This document shows, piece by piece, positions 21,231 to 34,461 of a DNA stretch of 34,461 nucleotides (position 1 is its first letter; each line of letters begins with the position of its first letter). A program made the position numbers and the translations under genes. This DNA comes from Paraglomus brasilianum (Eukaryota): NCBI GenBank assembly GCA_910592345.1, contig CAJVPI010000340.1, forward strand, positions 1 to 34,461, given 5' to 3'. The notes beneath the pieces were generated by a model that saw only the letters and a list, made by a program, of their open reading frames with translations, searched no databases and was not told where the DNA came from.

Positions 21231-24200
21231 TCATTGCATAAACCATCCATTACTATCTGATCCCAAAAGTAATTCCTGGTTCTGAGAAGCAACAAGCACT
21301 GGGTCTATTACAGTTGGTAGATGATGTGGTACATGTAATGGAGTAGATTCAGCAGATGACACTTTCGAATGAGCCGAATGGGCAGCGTTGTACGAGGGCG
21401 ACGCCTGGGAATGCGTTAGCGATGGTGTAGCTACGGGCGACGTACTGATGCTGATTGGACTAATAGTGCCACTGCCCGACCATATGTTCTGTTGATTTTG
21501 ATTTATTTGATTGAACAAATAAATTTGATCAGAATCCCAGTAAGTGCTATTAGGGTCTATCGTACCACCGTTCATGTCTATTGATTTGGGGTTGTTGATC
21601 GACATTATTGAGTTATATTCAGAGTTAGGAACTGTCATGGGTGGAGTAAGTGGAATGTTTCCCATGGAAGAAGTGAGAAGCGAACTATTCTCATCAAGCG
21701 GCGTGTTCATGAAATCGTAGGTCGCATGTCCTGCATCAGTTGTAAACGTGGGCGGCATGCCTTGATCTTCTGGTAAAGCAAACAACGAGCGCTCGTGGAA
21801 CTGAGGTGCTTGATTTAGCATAGATAAATTAGGCAAACTACTTGAAATCATATGAGCGCCTGTTGCGTGATGATGTGAGCCAGGTATTCCGGTTTGACGG
21901 CGGCGCTGCATCTGTCGTCGTTTGACATAATTAAGACCGTTAACCTGATCCATTGCTGGATTAGCACCTTGATTGAACAGGACAGGAATAGCTGACTGAC
22001 GTGCTTGTTGTGCAGTAAAGGCCACTTCCAGAGCCGTTACTTTGTCACATAGTTCCGTTGCTGCACTGTGTTCAACACAGATTCGGAGAACCCCAAGCGT
22101 CCTCAACAAATGGTCGTGAGCTGTTTTAGCGCCCAACACATCTGGAGACGTCATATTCACAAGGTGGATCATTGAAGCGGAAACAAGACAATATACGCCA
22201 TAATTTCCTCCTCTCAACGGGTATTGAAATACAAGCGGTCCCCATTTCTCGTACACCACTTGTGCGATTTGTGAGATGCTGTTTGCAGCGGCAGAACAGA
22301 TATTCAAATGGTGGTGGTTTGGTTGTGCTGCTCGATTGAAATTAGTCACGTATGGCCGATGTAACAATATTACGATTGTGTGGTAAAGAATATTAAGGAA
22401 ACCGGAGAAATGAGATTCAATAGGTTGAACGACTGGGCTAGTAGAAGGATCCGACGGTCGCGTACACTGAAGCCGCTGAGGGAGCGCTGCATACCACGCT
22501 TCGAGTGCCTGGTCAAGTGTTTGTAGTTTGGGATTGGAATTCCATGGCTGAAGCGGAGAACCAGAACCAGCTGGAGCAATAACTGTCATTACGCTTGCGA
22601 GTATTTTAGCTAGGCGTACAAGATGCACAAAGTTCGTTTGGAGCTCGAATTCTTCCTCGTCGTCGGCATATTCTTCTTTCAACGGTAAATCTATGTCAGC
22701 CTGGCTGAGAGATATGACAACATCTCGTCCTACATTGATAAATTGATGGTAAGATAAGTTAGTTCCTTTTTGTATAGAGTTGTATATATAATCCGCTTAG
22801 GTAAGCCTGCAGTGATTGCGTAATGCATACCTTGTGCTCCACTCATGAATTGGTCACACAGAAAGCAAACTTGCCACACTCGCTTTCTGGCAATCATGTC
22901 TTCGTTAGAGATGGGATAACTGTATTTGTCAAAACTCCTGTTTAAGCCCGGATCTTGTACCATTCGGGTAATAGTTCCAAAGTGTACCCAGCTTCTGTAA
23001 AAAAAGCCAGGTCGACGAATTCCCTCCTGGTATTTCAACATAAGGATTAAGGCTTGTATGGTGGACAGCCTTGGTGTGTCAAAGAATTCGTCTTGCAAGT
23101 CTGGAGAATGCATAAAGCCCGTGTGAATGTCGTACAAATATGTTGTGTATGCATAGAATGTACATAGAAACATGCGAAAAAATTTAACACGAAACAGGTT
23201 AGTACAGAAACGAAAAAAATTGTGCTGGGTTTTGACAAACCAACTGGTTATTTTTAGCTTATCTAAATGATGAGTAATATATTATCCGAATGAGAAAAAA
23301 AAGGTATTACCTTTTGCTTTATTATAGTAGGCTAGCCCTGCAGTGTCTGGGTCCATGGGGTCCGTTCGTACGGCTGGGTCTTCACTGAACTTTGATGCTA
23401 TGGCCAGAACAGCATACAACAGCAATGGCGAAACAGGATTATTGCCATCCTTATTATTCAACCTCCTCAAGAAATTGGCTTTATGCAATACAGGTACATA
23501 AGGATGAATATGATGGAAGTACAGTTGAACCAGATTGTTTGTCAACTCTGGGGAAGGCACAGGAGGATTGGAAAAGCCCACAAATGGCAAAGGCGGTTCT
23601 GTGAAAACAACCGTATCGGAGAAATCGCAGCGTTTTGGGTCCGTTTTCGATAATTCGGCGTTGTATATATATTGTGCGCGCCCGGTCTGGCATATCTTCA
23701 CTGTTTCAAGTACGCCTGTCGAAGAGTCAACATAATCGGCGATATTTACTAATTGAGGGTGAGTTAACGTCAAGGCTATAGATGAGAGGTTCGGTCGTGA
23801 AGGCAAAACTTTCAAAATAAGTGAGGTGATGGGAGTTTGCTGGCTGGAAAACATAAGGGAAGTATGTATGTACGAGGAAGTAATTGATGGGAGGGGAAGG
23901 TGGTGGAAAGAAGGAGGGGGTTTGGGGTTGCCGAAAGGTTTGAAAAAAGAATTGATAAGAGGGATAATAGTAGGCAACGCGTATATATATGTAACGTATA
24001 TATATGCGTATATGTGTGTATGTATGTACGTATGAATGAATGAATGAACGAACGAACGAATGATTTAGGTATGATTGTAGCTATGTAATGTATACGTATG
24101 TATATACGTATGGAGGGAGGGAAGAGGATTTAAATCTTTTGGTGTTCAAACGACACCAATGTAAAGAATTGAATGAAAGCTTCGCCACTCAAACGTCCAA

Positions 24201-24550
24201 TACCACTTCACTCTCTTAACCAACGAATCAAATAGAAGTATACATGACAAGAAATATTTACCTCGTTTTCCTTTAGCGCTGTCTTCTTCGTCTAATTTGT
24301 GCAGAATATTTTCAATCCTTTGAGATCGCTCATCCATCTGCTCCTGTTCGGTTTTTGGGTGAGCCCTCTTGACCGCCATGTTGGAGAAAATGCATTCGAT
24401 TTTGAGTTTTCTGCAACTTGAACAAGGGGTTTGAGTACCGCCTGATCCACCGTCGCATTTGACTTTGCGTCTTCGGCATGACTCGCATGCTCTTGTGACT
24501 TTTAAGCGCTTGTAGCGATGTAAATCGTCGACGAAAACATATTCCATCAT
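21231..24550 (-). CDS. Zn(II)2Cys6 (GAL4-type) fungal transcription factor with middle homology region; 4 exons
   Basis: Exons: 24550-24262, 23748-23311, 23100-22831, 22729-21231. The binuclear cluster reads ACESCRRRKVKCDGGSGGTQTPCSSCRKLKIEC. Fungal_trans-type motifs include LVQLYFHHIHPYVPVLHKANFL, STIQALILM, RKRVWQVCFLCD and LNILYHTIVILLHRPY. The C-terminus is low-complexity, ending GWFMQ. Confidence 0.93.
23980..24112. repeat. Compound microsatellite (TA/TATG/TGAA/CGAA) in intron 1 of the transcription factor
   Basis: GTATATATATGTAACGTATATATATGCGTATATGTGTGTATGTATGTACGTATGAATGAATGAATGAACGAACGAACGAATG... Confidence 0.9.
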
Positions 24551-27500
24551 CTTTTTTGTTTCCTTTCAGTAATAGTGTATTAGAAATAAGAGAATAAACA
24601 GGTAGAGAGCGGGCGGAGGTTGAAAATAAGTGTTTATATATATATGGTTGTTAAGGAGATTTAATAGTACTTGGGTTTATATACGTGCTACTTTGAATTG
24701 ATGCCTTTGTGAATCAGACAGAAATAAAAACAACAGTATTATGAATACAAGTATTAATGTAATAAATAGAGTTGGTATTTGTTTGTTTGGTTTTGTATTA
24801 GTTGAGTTGGTTGAATTTTTTGCTCGCCTCGAAATATAAGAATAAGGATAGTACTATTAACAAATAAATTTTTGCTCTCTTGGTTACGAGGCAGGAAAAG
24901 AGAGTAAAACACTCCTTGGATAATCCTCGGTTGTAGAAGTCCCTAGAGTGTTTGTTTATATACAGACTCGAGCAACCGAGATCAAAATAGACTTCTACTT
25001 TTTAAGACGAAATAGAATATGCGAAGACAGAATGTAAATCGATTATGAAGAAAACGGGATCGAGAAGGATGTTGATTTATATATAGGCATCTGGATGTTA
25101 TTAATCAATATGACACATAAAGTATTATTTGCTTGCTTAATAAATAAGTATTATGAATCAAAAAGCTAATACTATAAAATAGCCGCTGTTACATCATTGA
25201 ATAAATCAATCATCATATGTTGTGTATAATTATGCAGTTAATATTATATAGGTAAAAATGTACACATCCTGCATGCGTTCACACATCATCCCCCCCTTTT
25301 GTTTAAACGACTTTAAGTGGAAATATTATACTGTGTAATAAATAAAGTTGTGAATATACAGCTAACGTAATGGACTAACGGTCCAACATATTAACCAAAT
25401 GGTCAAACTAGTATTGCATATTTATCCATCAAAACTTTTATTAATCAGCCTGTTAAATATACAATCACTTGTTAAATATATTGATAAACGGCCGCTGATA
25501 AACGGCCGCCCGACAAACCAGCCCCATCTAATCAACTGAACCACCAGCTGACTCGACCGACCACTTCCCTAACCTATTGGAGACATTCATTTAACAGCTT
25601 TTGTTTTATTAGGATTTAGCTAAACGTAATAATTCAGAAAAAAGAAGCATGGCGACAGTACTACGTTAATGAATAGATGCGTGTAACCCCGTGTATGCAC
25701 AGCCCGAATTTTTAATAAAATAGAAATCCGATCGAAATTTTAAGACGGGTTTATGATCAGAATTCGTCAATGGCTGCGAGTATTTCAAGTGTATCTCTGA
25801 GGCATCACTGACGTCTCATACATATATAATATATGCACAGCTACTAATTATTTGACCTGGTAAATTTTCGCTGCGTTGGAAAAGCGGAAATTAATTTGGA
25901 CAGGACAAAGAGCGCGCCGTCGTTGAGACAATAAATAAGACGGTGCTAATTATTAAGCTTTGATTAGCAAAGGAGCTATTGTTTCGGTTAGTTATCAATT
26001 ACCCGCTCAGCCAATAAAGTTGCTAACTATACTTATTATCCTTATTTTTATACCTTGCGGGGATTTGCTGACTTTTTTTATATATTATGCTAATCATTCA
26101 ACGGACCCTTTGGCGTACTTTATTCTTTTACTACTAAATTCTTGGCTTCCATGTTCAATACAATTTATTCTCCGAAACTATTGTTGATCATAATAGCATA
26201 TCAGAAATTATATTTCCATACTTTATTAATTTAATTATGTTAATGCTTTATAGTCGAATTACTCTACAATTCTGCATGTAAACTCGGAGTCTGGTTTACT
26301 CGGTTTAGGCAACCAATACGGTCGCGTGTTTTTTTCTTCTTCCCCCCCGAATAATAGATAACAGTCAACTTTCGTTATTAGTGAAATTGCCAAAGAAAAT
26401 GCTTCATTGGCACCTGGTTTATTCGTGATAAAAGTAAAGGTCTCTAACTCTATCCTACCAATAAATGTTACAAATGATACTATTAAATCTAATATGCTTT
26501 TACCAAACCCAATCCAAGCATTATTACATTATGATTACTATTACTAATAGTATTTGAAAATAAAAAATCTCTTTTTTTTTTTTTTTTTTGCTCTTGGATC
26601 AGCGGATGGTCAGTAAAATAAAAAATTTAGTTTCCTTGCCAAGATTACAAGGTTTTCATCTAAAAATTACATGTCAAGTTTTCAACAAACTTTAATTAGC
26701 AGTTTACGCTATTCAACCGGTACCTTTCTGTCAGTTGTTTAATTACAAATTCATCGGCTATCAATTGATATTAGCTCTTCAGGGTCTGACTATTATTATC
26801 TGGTTCTTTATTCTTTGACAATAGGAGAAAATTCATCATTAATACATTTGATGTCAGATGATCTTCAGGATTGATGATTACTGGTGCTCACAATATTGCT
26901 ATAATCAACAAACGCGCATATATATTTTAAGATAAAGGTTCACTATATGTTTCACTATATATTCAGCATGATACTATATCGTCAGCTGATTCAATTAATA
27001 TGAATAGTTGTGGTTAGAGTCCAAATTAATTATTAAATGTTCACTCTTTTACATTCAATTTATTTAATAGTACGTTTGTTGTTATTGTATTTCCGTATAT
27101 ATCTGTTAAACAGCTTTCCCCGACCAGTCCCTGAACCTGCTCAAGTCTACTTCGTGGCTACATAATTGGGGTTTTGAATTTAAAGTGGCATGATTGTGGG
27201 AGCTTCTTTGAGACAGGGACGTGTGTATTGGACTGGGTATTGCAAATTTGCATCCAATTATTATGGACTACATCTACACATTCTATTGTGTTTATTATTA
27301 GCAAACACTTGATGCTTCTAGCATAGAACATTTGCATCGAAAGGCAATTGCAATTAATTATTCTATACATGGTGTTGACTGAGAGCGTGTGTGAGTAATG
27401 TGGATATTATCAATACACTTTCACACACGAGTTGCACACAAAAGCCATCAGTTTTCAAGGAGGGAAATCGGTTCATATTGCAACGATTAAAAGAGAAATA

Positions 27501-28564
27501 TTTCTATCACATCGCTATGGTTATGGTATAATTAAAATACAATCGGAACTTCATTTTATTTGAATTAGGCTTAAGGGATACCATGAGCCCAACAACACCT
27601 AATCTGCGATAAGCATTCGAACATATAATCGCTAATGTACACAGACGTTGTTCAATTGCCAGGGTAACCGATTTTTATAATAGCAAAATGGTAATAGATT
27701 TCATTCTGATAAGTAACCCATTAAGAACAATAGAATGACAAAGCTTAATGCGATAACATAATAAGTTATCACAATCGATGGGGGGCGTATCTTTGTGATC
27801 AAAGTTCGAATTGAACGTATGGCAGAGTATCGACACGTGCTTACAGCAGACAAAAGAATAGTTAGAATGCGATACTGGAACAATGTAATTGATCAAAGAT
27901 AATAGATTCAAAGAAAAGAACTAATTCAATATGACTATATATAAAACATGATCCACACATATGATTAGCCCATATAATCATCGATTTGAAGTGCCCATCG
28001 GATGTGTGGAAATTATTACTTGTTTCGGCGTAATTCTAGTCTGAGTTGTTGTATGTGTAACATACATTTGGTGTGTCAACAATAGTAACACAAGAGCTCT
28101 ATATGGTCATGATATTAAAATTAAGTAAGGCTGTCGTATGGAGAACAGATTAATTTAATATGAGATATTATTTAGAAGAATGTGTAAATCGAGCGTATTA
28201 CAAAAAGTCGTATAGTCAATTACTATCACATACTCTTATCAATGCCAATATTACGTCTATAGTATAATCAACGATGCAATGGAGCATAACATATGTTCGT
28301 TTGATATGGTTAATCTTTGCTATCGTACAGTTAGTTTCTTTGTTATACATGTGATATCCGTAGCTGAAAATAGTGCGCCTTTCATGTGCATCAATTAAAT
28401 ATGGTATGTGATAGTTTAACCAACAAATACACGATAACAATTACTATCAATGCATCTATTATAAAATCATCCGATTTTTTTAAGCCAGTAACAGACTGAC
28501 GAAGATGCAGCCACAAAACGTTAACCAAAAAAAAGCTTTGGGTTTTCTTTCTTTTTTTTCCTAT

Positions 28565-28780
28565 AAAATTTGGTTTGATATCAGATAAGATGATACTAGA
28601 ATTGGGTTATACAGATATGATGCTAGAATTGGGTTTGATATCAGATAAGATGGTACTAGAATTGGGTTATACAGATATGACTAGAATTGGGCTATACAGA
28701 TATGATACTAGAATTGGGCTATACAGATATGATACTAGAATTGGGCTATACAGATATGATACTAGAATTGGGTTATACAG
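28565..28780. repeat. Minisatellite, ~27-bp unit with 33-bp variants
   Basis: The core CTAGAATTGGG occurs at 28596, 28623, 28656, 28681, 28708, 28735 and 28762 (spacings 27, 33, 25, 27, 27, 27). Consensus unit GATACTAGAATTGGGYTATACAGATAT. Confidence 0.95.
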
Positions 28781-30807
28781 GGTTTTGGAGTATCCTCATG
28801 TTTAATTGAAAGACAAATCTTGAAAGCGCAGTAAGCACGCATTATGGATGGACAATCTCAGAATAAAATATGTTGTCGATTTATTTTGTCTCCTTTTACG
28901 TATTACACATTTTTCTGATAGGCAGTGTATGCTTGTTACGTAGGTTGTACCTTGGCGTAAGCACTTCTGACCTCGGCTTTCACTGACTCCTGTATGATCG
29001 GATACCTTATGGCGTATATTATTAAGGGGGATGGGTGGGGTTTAGAACTTTGAATTGTTTTTTGTTAAAAGAATTGAGAAGATTCGATGTTTCTGCATCG
29101 GCAGCTGCTAACCCATATTTCCGCAAGTAGCGTAGGGTTGTGACATCGAGTAGATTATGTGTTACTATTACTTCATAATTGATAGACTTGTAGAATCTTG
29201 GCAACCAATTTAAAGCTTAAAATCTCTTTAATAGATATCGACGCGCAGGCTTTCATCGAATACGAACAGACGCGTCACAATGCATCATCCATAGGCAATT
29301 AATTAGAGAAAAATGAGAGACAAATTGTGTCATTACAACATATGTATTATTAAAATTAATTGACTAGAATTTCGAGGGTTTGTTATAGTCGACCATTGTA
29401 CGATAAAACATGTAAGAAATAGTCAAATCTGTAATAGATTGTGTAATTGTAGCTTATATAAGCACGCCGCAACATCTAGGATTCAAAATGATCAGATTTA
29501 AACTAGCGTGTGTGTAAACGCTGTATAAAATTTTGTCTCGACTATATTGTGATACAAGACTGACTTGGTATACGCACACTAGTGTATCCTAATTTAGTAA
29601 CTTTATAAATTTTCTTGCACATTACAGTTTCAGGTGCATCATCGCACGCCTGATAGATGTTCCGCATTTGTTTACATGCGCACCAACATGCAAATACCGA
29701 TCGAAAGTCAAAGAAACACGATACACTAGGACTAAAAAGTCAACCATGTCTAATGTTAAATTATTCATCCGGAATGCATTTTAACTAATAATTATTAAAA
29801 TTAAAATAATAGTTGCTAAGTTACTGTTTTGCTGTTTGGGTTACAGTATCACAGTGTCGGCAATTTCAATATTCTATCCATTGCAGATCTGGTTTCATCG
29901 TTAATTAATCGACTGACTGACAAGGGGGAGATTCGAACATTCAACTAGAGTTTTACATACACGGCGCGTGTGTGGGAGTGTATGTTGTGTGTCAGTCTAT
30001 GATGTCAGAGAATCACGCATGAATGATGAAAGGGGACGGTTGTTTATTGATAAATGTCAGAGTTGACGTAATAAATGACTGGAACTAGCAGCCAGTAGTA
30101 TTGGCTGTGTGGAGCTTATTTGTCATTCTTTAAAATTGAATGTAATTGTTAATATGTCTAATGCCTCTCTGTTATGCGATGCAATGACAACAGGTGGGAT
30201 TATCGGTATAGGTTGGACTATTTACGATAATCAACAACGTGGAATAGTAAATCAGTTAACAGGGTACAGTGATGAAAGTTTTTGAACTAACGTTAATTGT
30301 AACGTCCTTGACGCTGATATCAATAATAATTCCTTCTTGACAAACTTGGTGGTAGTGATGATTTATGCTTAACTGTTGATTTCAACTCTGCTTACCATAT
30401 TGAAAAGATAGTGATACTAGATATCAAACTCATCTACGAAAATTTTTTCCCCTCAAGTAAGTTTATCTTTTGTGGATCAACGTGGATGCTTTTTGTCATC
30501 ATCTCCGAATGAAGCATAGTATAAGGATCAGTTTGAAAGGGAAATTGTCGTCGTTTGGCACCAATGGGAGAAGAGGGCGGGTGATGGAGTTGATAAGTTG
30601 TACAACTTAGATAAAGATATGGTTATATGGGGACAATGCAACCCATCTGTATGCATGCATGACTCCCCCCTCCCCACAGTAAACATCGGACCAGTGGGAG
30701 CGATTTAAACGTCTTATCTAACTTATTTAAGATGTCTTTGAATTACATTCCTCAAGATACTAGAAAATGGGGATGACAATAATGCTTTATTGTCTTTGAA
30801 TAGAATA

Positions 30808-30900
30808 GGGAGAATAAAAGATTTATGTGGGAGAATAAAAGGTTTATGTGGGAGAATAAAAGATTTATGTGGGAGAATAAAAGATTTATGTGGGATAATA
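30808..30900. repeat. 21-bp minisatellite, ~4.4 copies
   Basis: (GGGAGAATAAAAGATTTATGT)x4 with one A>G change, followed by GGGATAATA. Confidence 0.95.
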
Positions 30901-33900
30901 CATGAGAATGAGCAGTGAATGAATGAAAGTTGGCTAGTACAAAAACCGATTGTGTAGATGCGAAATGTCAACCGTAATTATCGTCATAATACTACCATTT
31001 GCCAAACCTTATATGGTAATCATTTAACTTTCGCAGAACTTACTAGCATAATATACGCACAAGGCTTAGTGCATAGATTAGAGCGGATAAGTTATGGACA
31101 AAGAAAAAGAGACAAGATTATTTATCATGCAAAATGTATTAGTACGTAATTATTGCTTATTAAAGAGACAGATTTTGAGTGTAGAATCAGCGTTATATTT
31201 GTCATAGTCCATATCCTTTACATTTCAAAAGACTACTACATATCTCTCCATGTGAGAACATGGTATATTAATGATTACAAATTAAGACACGGACCTTCCA
31301 GAATAACCGACAAGCAGATACCAAGCGAAAATCACTCACATCAGTTGCGTCAGCAAACATATAACAATAGTCAGATTAGTAAAAGGTCATTAAGCTAATT
31401 AGTAACTAGAATATGACATATGCTCTCAGTTATAGGCACAAATGCCAAGAAGTCTATCTTGAGAACGTCTATTATTATCACTAATGCCGAGTGCGCGTAG
31501 ATATCAATTATCCAATTTTAAATCGACTATAAAAAGTATGATCTATAGTTAGCGTAATAATAAGAGGACATCGATTCGAGGTACAGATATCGTTTAATAA
31601 TAACGATCGTGTGATAGTGAGACTACTACGAATAGATAGCTGTTACTACGCCGCTTCTTGTTGCTGCTGTCGTCCTTGTTTTTGTAAGAACAATAGCATA
31701 ATCAATAGCAGCCATAATACTCATCCATGTGCCAGCATCTTCATTCATTCTTATGTCCATAAAGTTGCACCAATTTGTACGACTGTTTGGGAGCTATTCT
31801 TTGTTACTCCTTTGATTAATTTTTGGTGATTCATTTATTATGTAATGAACTCTAATAAGTGAACGAAGACCTTGATACGGCTCTAGAATGTCCAACGTCT
31901 GTATGTGTGATATTACACTGAATTGCAGCGCATTTGTCGCGTTACTCCCAAATGCTTCTGTACAATGTTTTCCTGCTGATCTCGTTGGAGAGGAAACGTT
32001 ATGACGTCAAATCGCTACATTTTCTGCAGGAGAATTCGCATACTGTAATAGGATAGAATGACAAGACGTCACTAAATGAGTCGGACATTCAATGGCCGCA
32101 CGTTCTTTTTCGTAAGGCATGAATACGTCTTATTGAATTTGTCCAAAATCATAACAAATCATTGGGTAATCCCACGTTAATCACATCAAATCAAACCATA
32201 TCAACCATATCACTTTTATTTGCAGAATAGGAAAGGTCGCAAATAATGTATTCGAAGATCATGTAACATAATGAAACACCAATTGCATTTCATCAAGCCA
32301 CAGGGCCTAATCCATTCTGAAACCACGCCATTATCTAATAAACTCAATTAATTAACTGTAACTACTTTTTGATGTCAAACTAACCTATGCATGGACCTTG
32401 TACAAACCCACCCTACAGATTCCACCATACAAAAGTTATCGCTTACAATGATTAAGGGATATGCAGGTATTCGAGATGTTGTTGTGTCGACCGCAGACTT
32501 GTTATTCTCGATCCCAACGGCTGTGTACGCAGTTTGTCGATACGATCGTTTATCGAACCGGGGCAGCAGAACTCTGATAAGCAACTCGAAACCTATTGGG
32601 GTAAGCATTCATTATACAAAATATCCTTTAAAAGCACTATTAATAGATTTAACTATGATTAGCTAATCAACCCCACAATCATAACCACTGTCCTCATTAA
32701 ACTGCCGTTGCACTATTACTTTTTTTGGAACAGTGTGTGAGTAAAGTGTGAAAAACGAAAGCACAGATGCAATGTGGAGACAAACACAAAATCCTTAATC
32801 ATAGACTATAGTATGTAACACGCTTGCTTGGTATCACCCGGTTAGTAAGTCGTTTCTATCTGATTGCTTACTACGTTACGGTACGTGATTAATGCATCTT
32901 TGTTTATGTGTCAAAAAACAAAAAGTTGCATTGCAACGTTATTCCATCAAATCCCGCTTGAAAATCAGTCATTTATCTTCGTAACGGACTGTCGGAGTGG
33001 CCGGAGCGAATACAAATGCCGGACTATCGGAAAGTTCGGAATAATGTAATAATAATGAGCCAGATATCATTACAATGCAATCTCACTGTCATACAGAGGA
33101 GAATTTAATCCATGTCAATCACGAAGGTAGAAACTTTTTTAGAAACAAGATTCTATGCAGGGACGGGAAACGGGGGTAAGAATTGATGCACTTTATACAC
33201 ATAACCAATACTAAGAATAACAAGCGTCAATGCAAGTTTTAAATGATCGGAAACCAGCTCATTAGCGAAACAATTTCCCGTTTGTATGACAACTACCAAT
33301 ATGCACAATAACATCCCAAGAACAGAATTGAAATCTATACGCAGTCAACATCACTAATCCTCAAAAGAACAACAAGAACTTGTGTGATACAACAACAACG
33401 ATCATATGCCTGCATGTATGTCCACACCTATCATCATTATACAGCCACATTCTATGCACCCGACTACTCTGAAACACTAGCATTTATTGCAAATAAACCT
33501 TATGTCTTGTGGACCCTTGTCGAGTGCAATGATATTGTGAATTAAAAGTGCCCATTTCTACGAATTTATCAATACATATTTGACATAGCCACAAGATTTG
33601 GCGCCCACTCCTCGGCGATCGACAAACGGCATAGAACAGCTGGTCTCAGAATCATAGAAGATTGTCGTTAGTCGTTTCTCTCTTTTTTTTTCGCCTATCG
33701 CATGACTGGCATATATGGAAATACATTTGTTTGCGCCATTGGGATTCTCAAGTCATTTACCATTAATTGATTTTGTCTAAATGAACTTCATGATTATTGG
33801 TTTTAATCTATCAAAATGAGCGTCTGTCCAATCCTGAAGAGTTTCCAATCTCAAACCCCACATTCACCGATCTTCACGCTACCTGAACATCTTTCTCATT

Positions 33901-34461
33901 CATTTCGTGTTCCTATCCATTCTATTCTCTATTAATCTTACACAAAATATATATTTTTCCACGAGAGTCAAAAAAAAAAAGGTCTGCTTTATGTTTGTTT
34001 CTACTTGAAACATGTAACACTGGCATATATCGCCACACCTTTACTTAAACGTCATATGATTTATTAACGTCATATGATCAATTTTAGTCACGAGAGCAAC
34101 CACGAACTTTTAAAAGTCGCTTCCACGTGTAGAACAGGCGCACGTTAAATCAAATTTATAAATTTTACCATTTTTTGCATAAACCTGTAATATTAAATCC
34201 TCGGATAAGTGTGGATATGCATACGATTTGAGTGAGTGGATTTGCAGGCCACCGTAGATTAATGGCGGGGTCATTTTTTATTGTAATGAATCTTTTGACA
34301 TAATAATAATATGGCTGACAATAATTATACCCATGCAAATATGACGAAATTTGCGACAATTAATAGATATGTTAGAATCAGTTCACATACAGTAACGTGC
34401 AAAAGTATCCTACCGGTTGTATCATCTAAACGTACATAATAATAACTCCTTAAATTTTCCA

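Noticed and set aside
28565..28780. CRISPR-like array
   Set aside because: Units are contiguous tandem copies with no unique spacers, the context is eukaryotic, and no cas genes are present. The 76-aa ORF over it is a by-product of the repeat.
30723..30971. ORF with ILPHKSF repeats
   Set aside because: It is just a translation of the 21-bp minisatellite, with no other coding evidence.
32980..33045. CGGACT-x-TCGGA repeats as an RNA gene or element end
   Set aside because: No tRNA cloverleaf or A/B boxes and no partner inverted repeat found; too short to call.

Overview
Eukaryotic, intron-rich, AT-rich fungal nuclear DNA. The gene and transposon style suggests an early-diverging fungus (Mucoromycota/Glomeromycotina-like; this is inference). 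I could build four intact spliced genes by hand: a CDF zinc transporter (ZRC1/COT1-like, 2043-4169, -), a ubiquilin (DSK2-like, 7526-8884, -), a ~1900-aa TRANK1-like UvrD/SF1 helicase (~11657-18152, +) and a Zn(II)2Cys6 transcription factor (21231-24550, -). Two things stand out. (1) A decayed but nearly complete IS607-type element (~4670-6570, -) that the ORF track hides because of frameshifts: a serine-recombinase TnpA remnant, an overlapping Fanzor2/TnpB remnant, 3' hairpins where an omegaRNA is expected, and 34-bp direct repeats at the other end. (2) The helicase's apparent architecture of RelE/ParE-like domain, SF1 helicase, TPR repeats, CCCH-like motif and IQ motif, which resembles a sensor-effector defence protein. 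The window also holds two Tc1/mariner relics, several minisatellites and a ~10 kb stretch with no recognisable gene. All family assignments come from manual translation and motif recognition; no searches were run.
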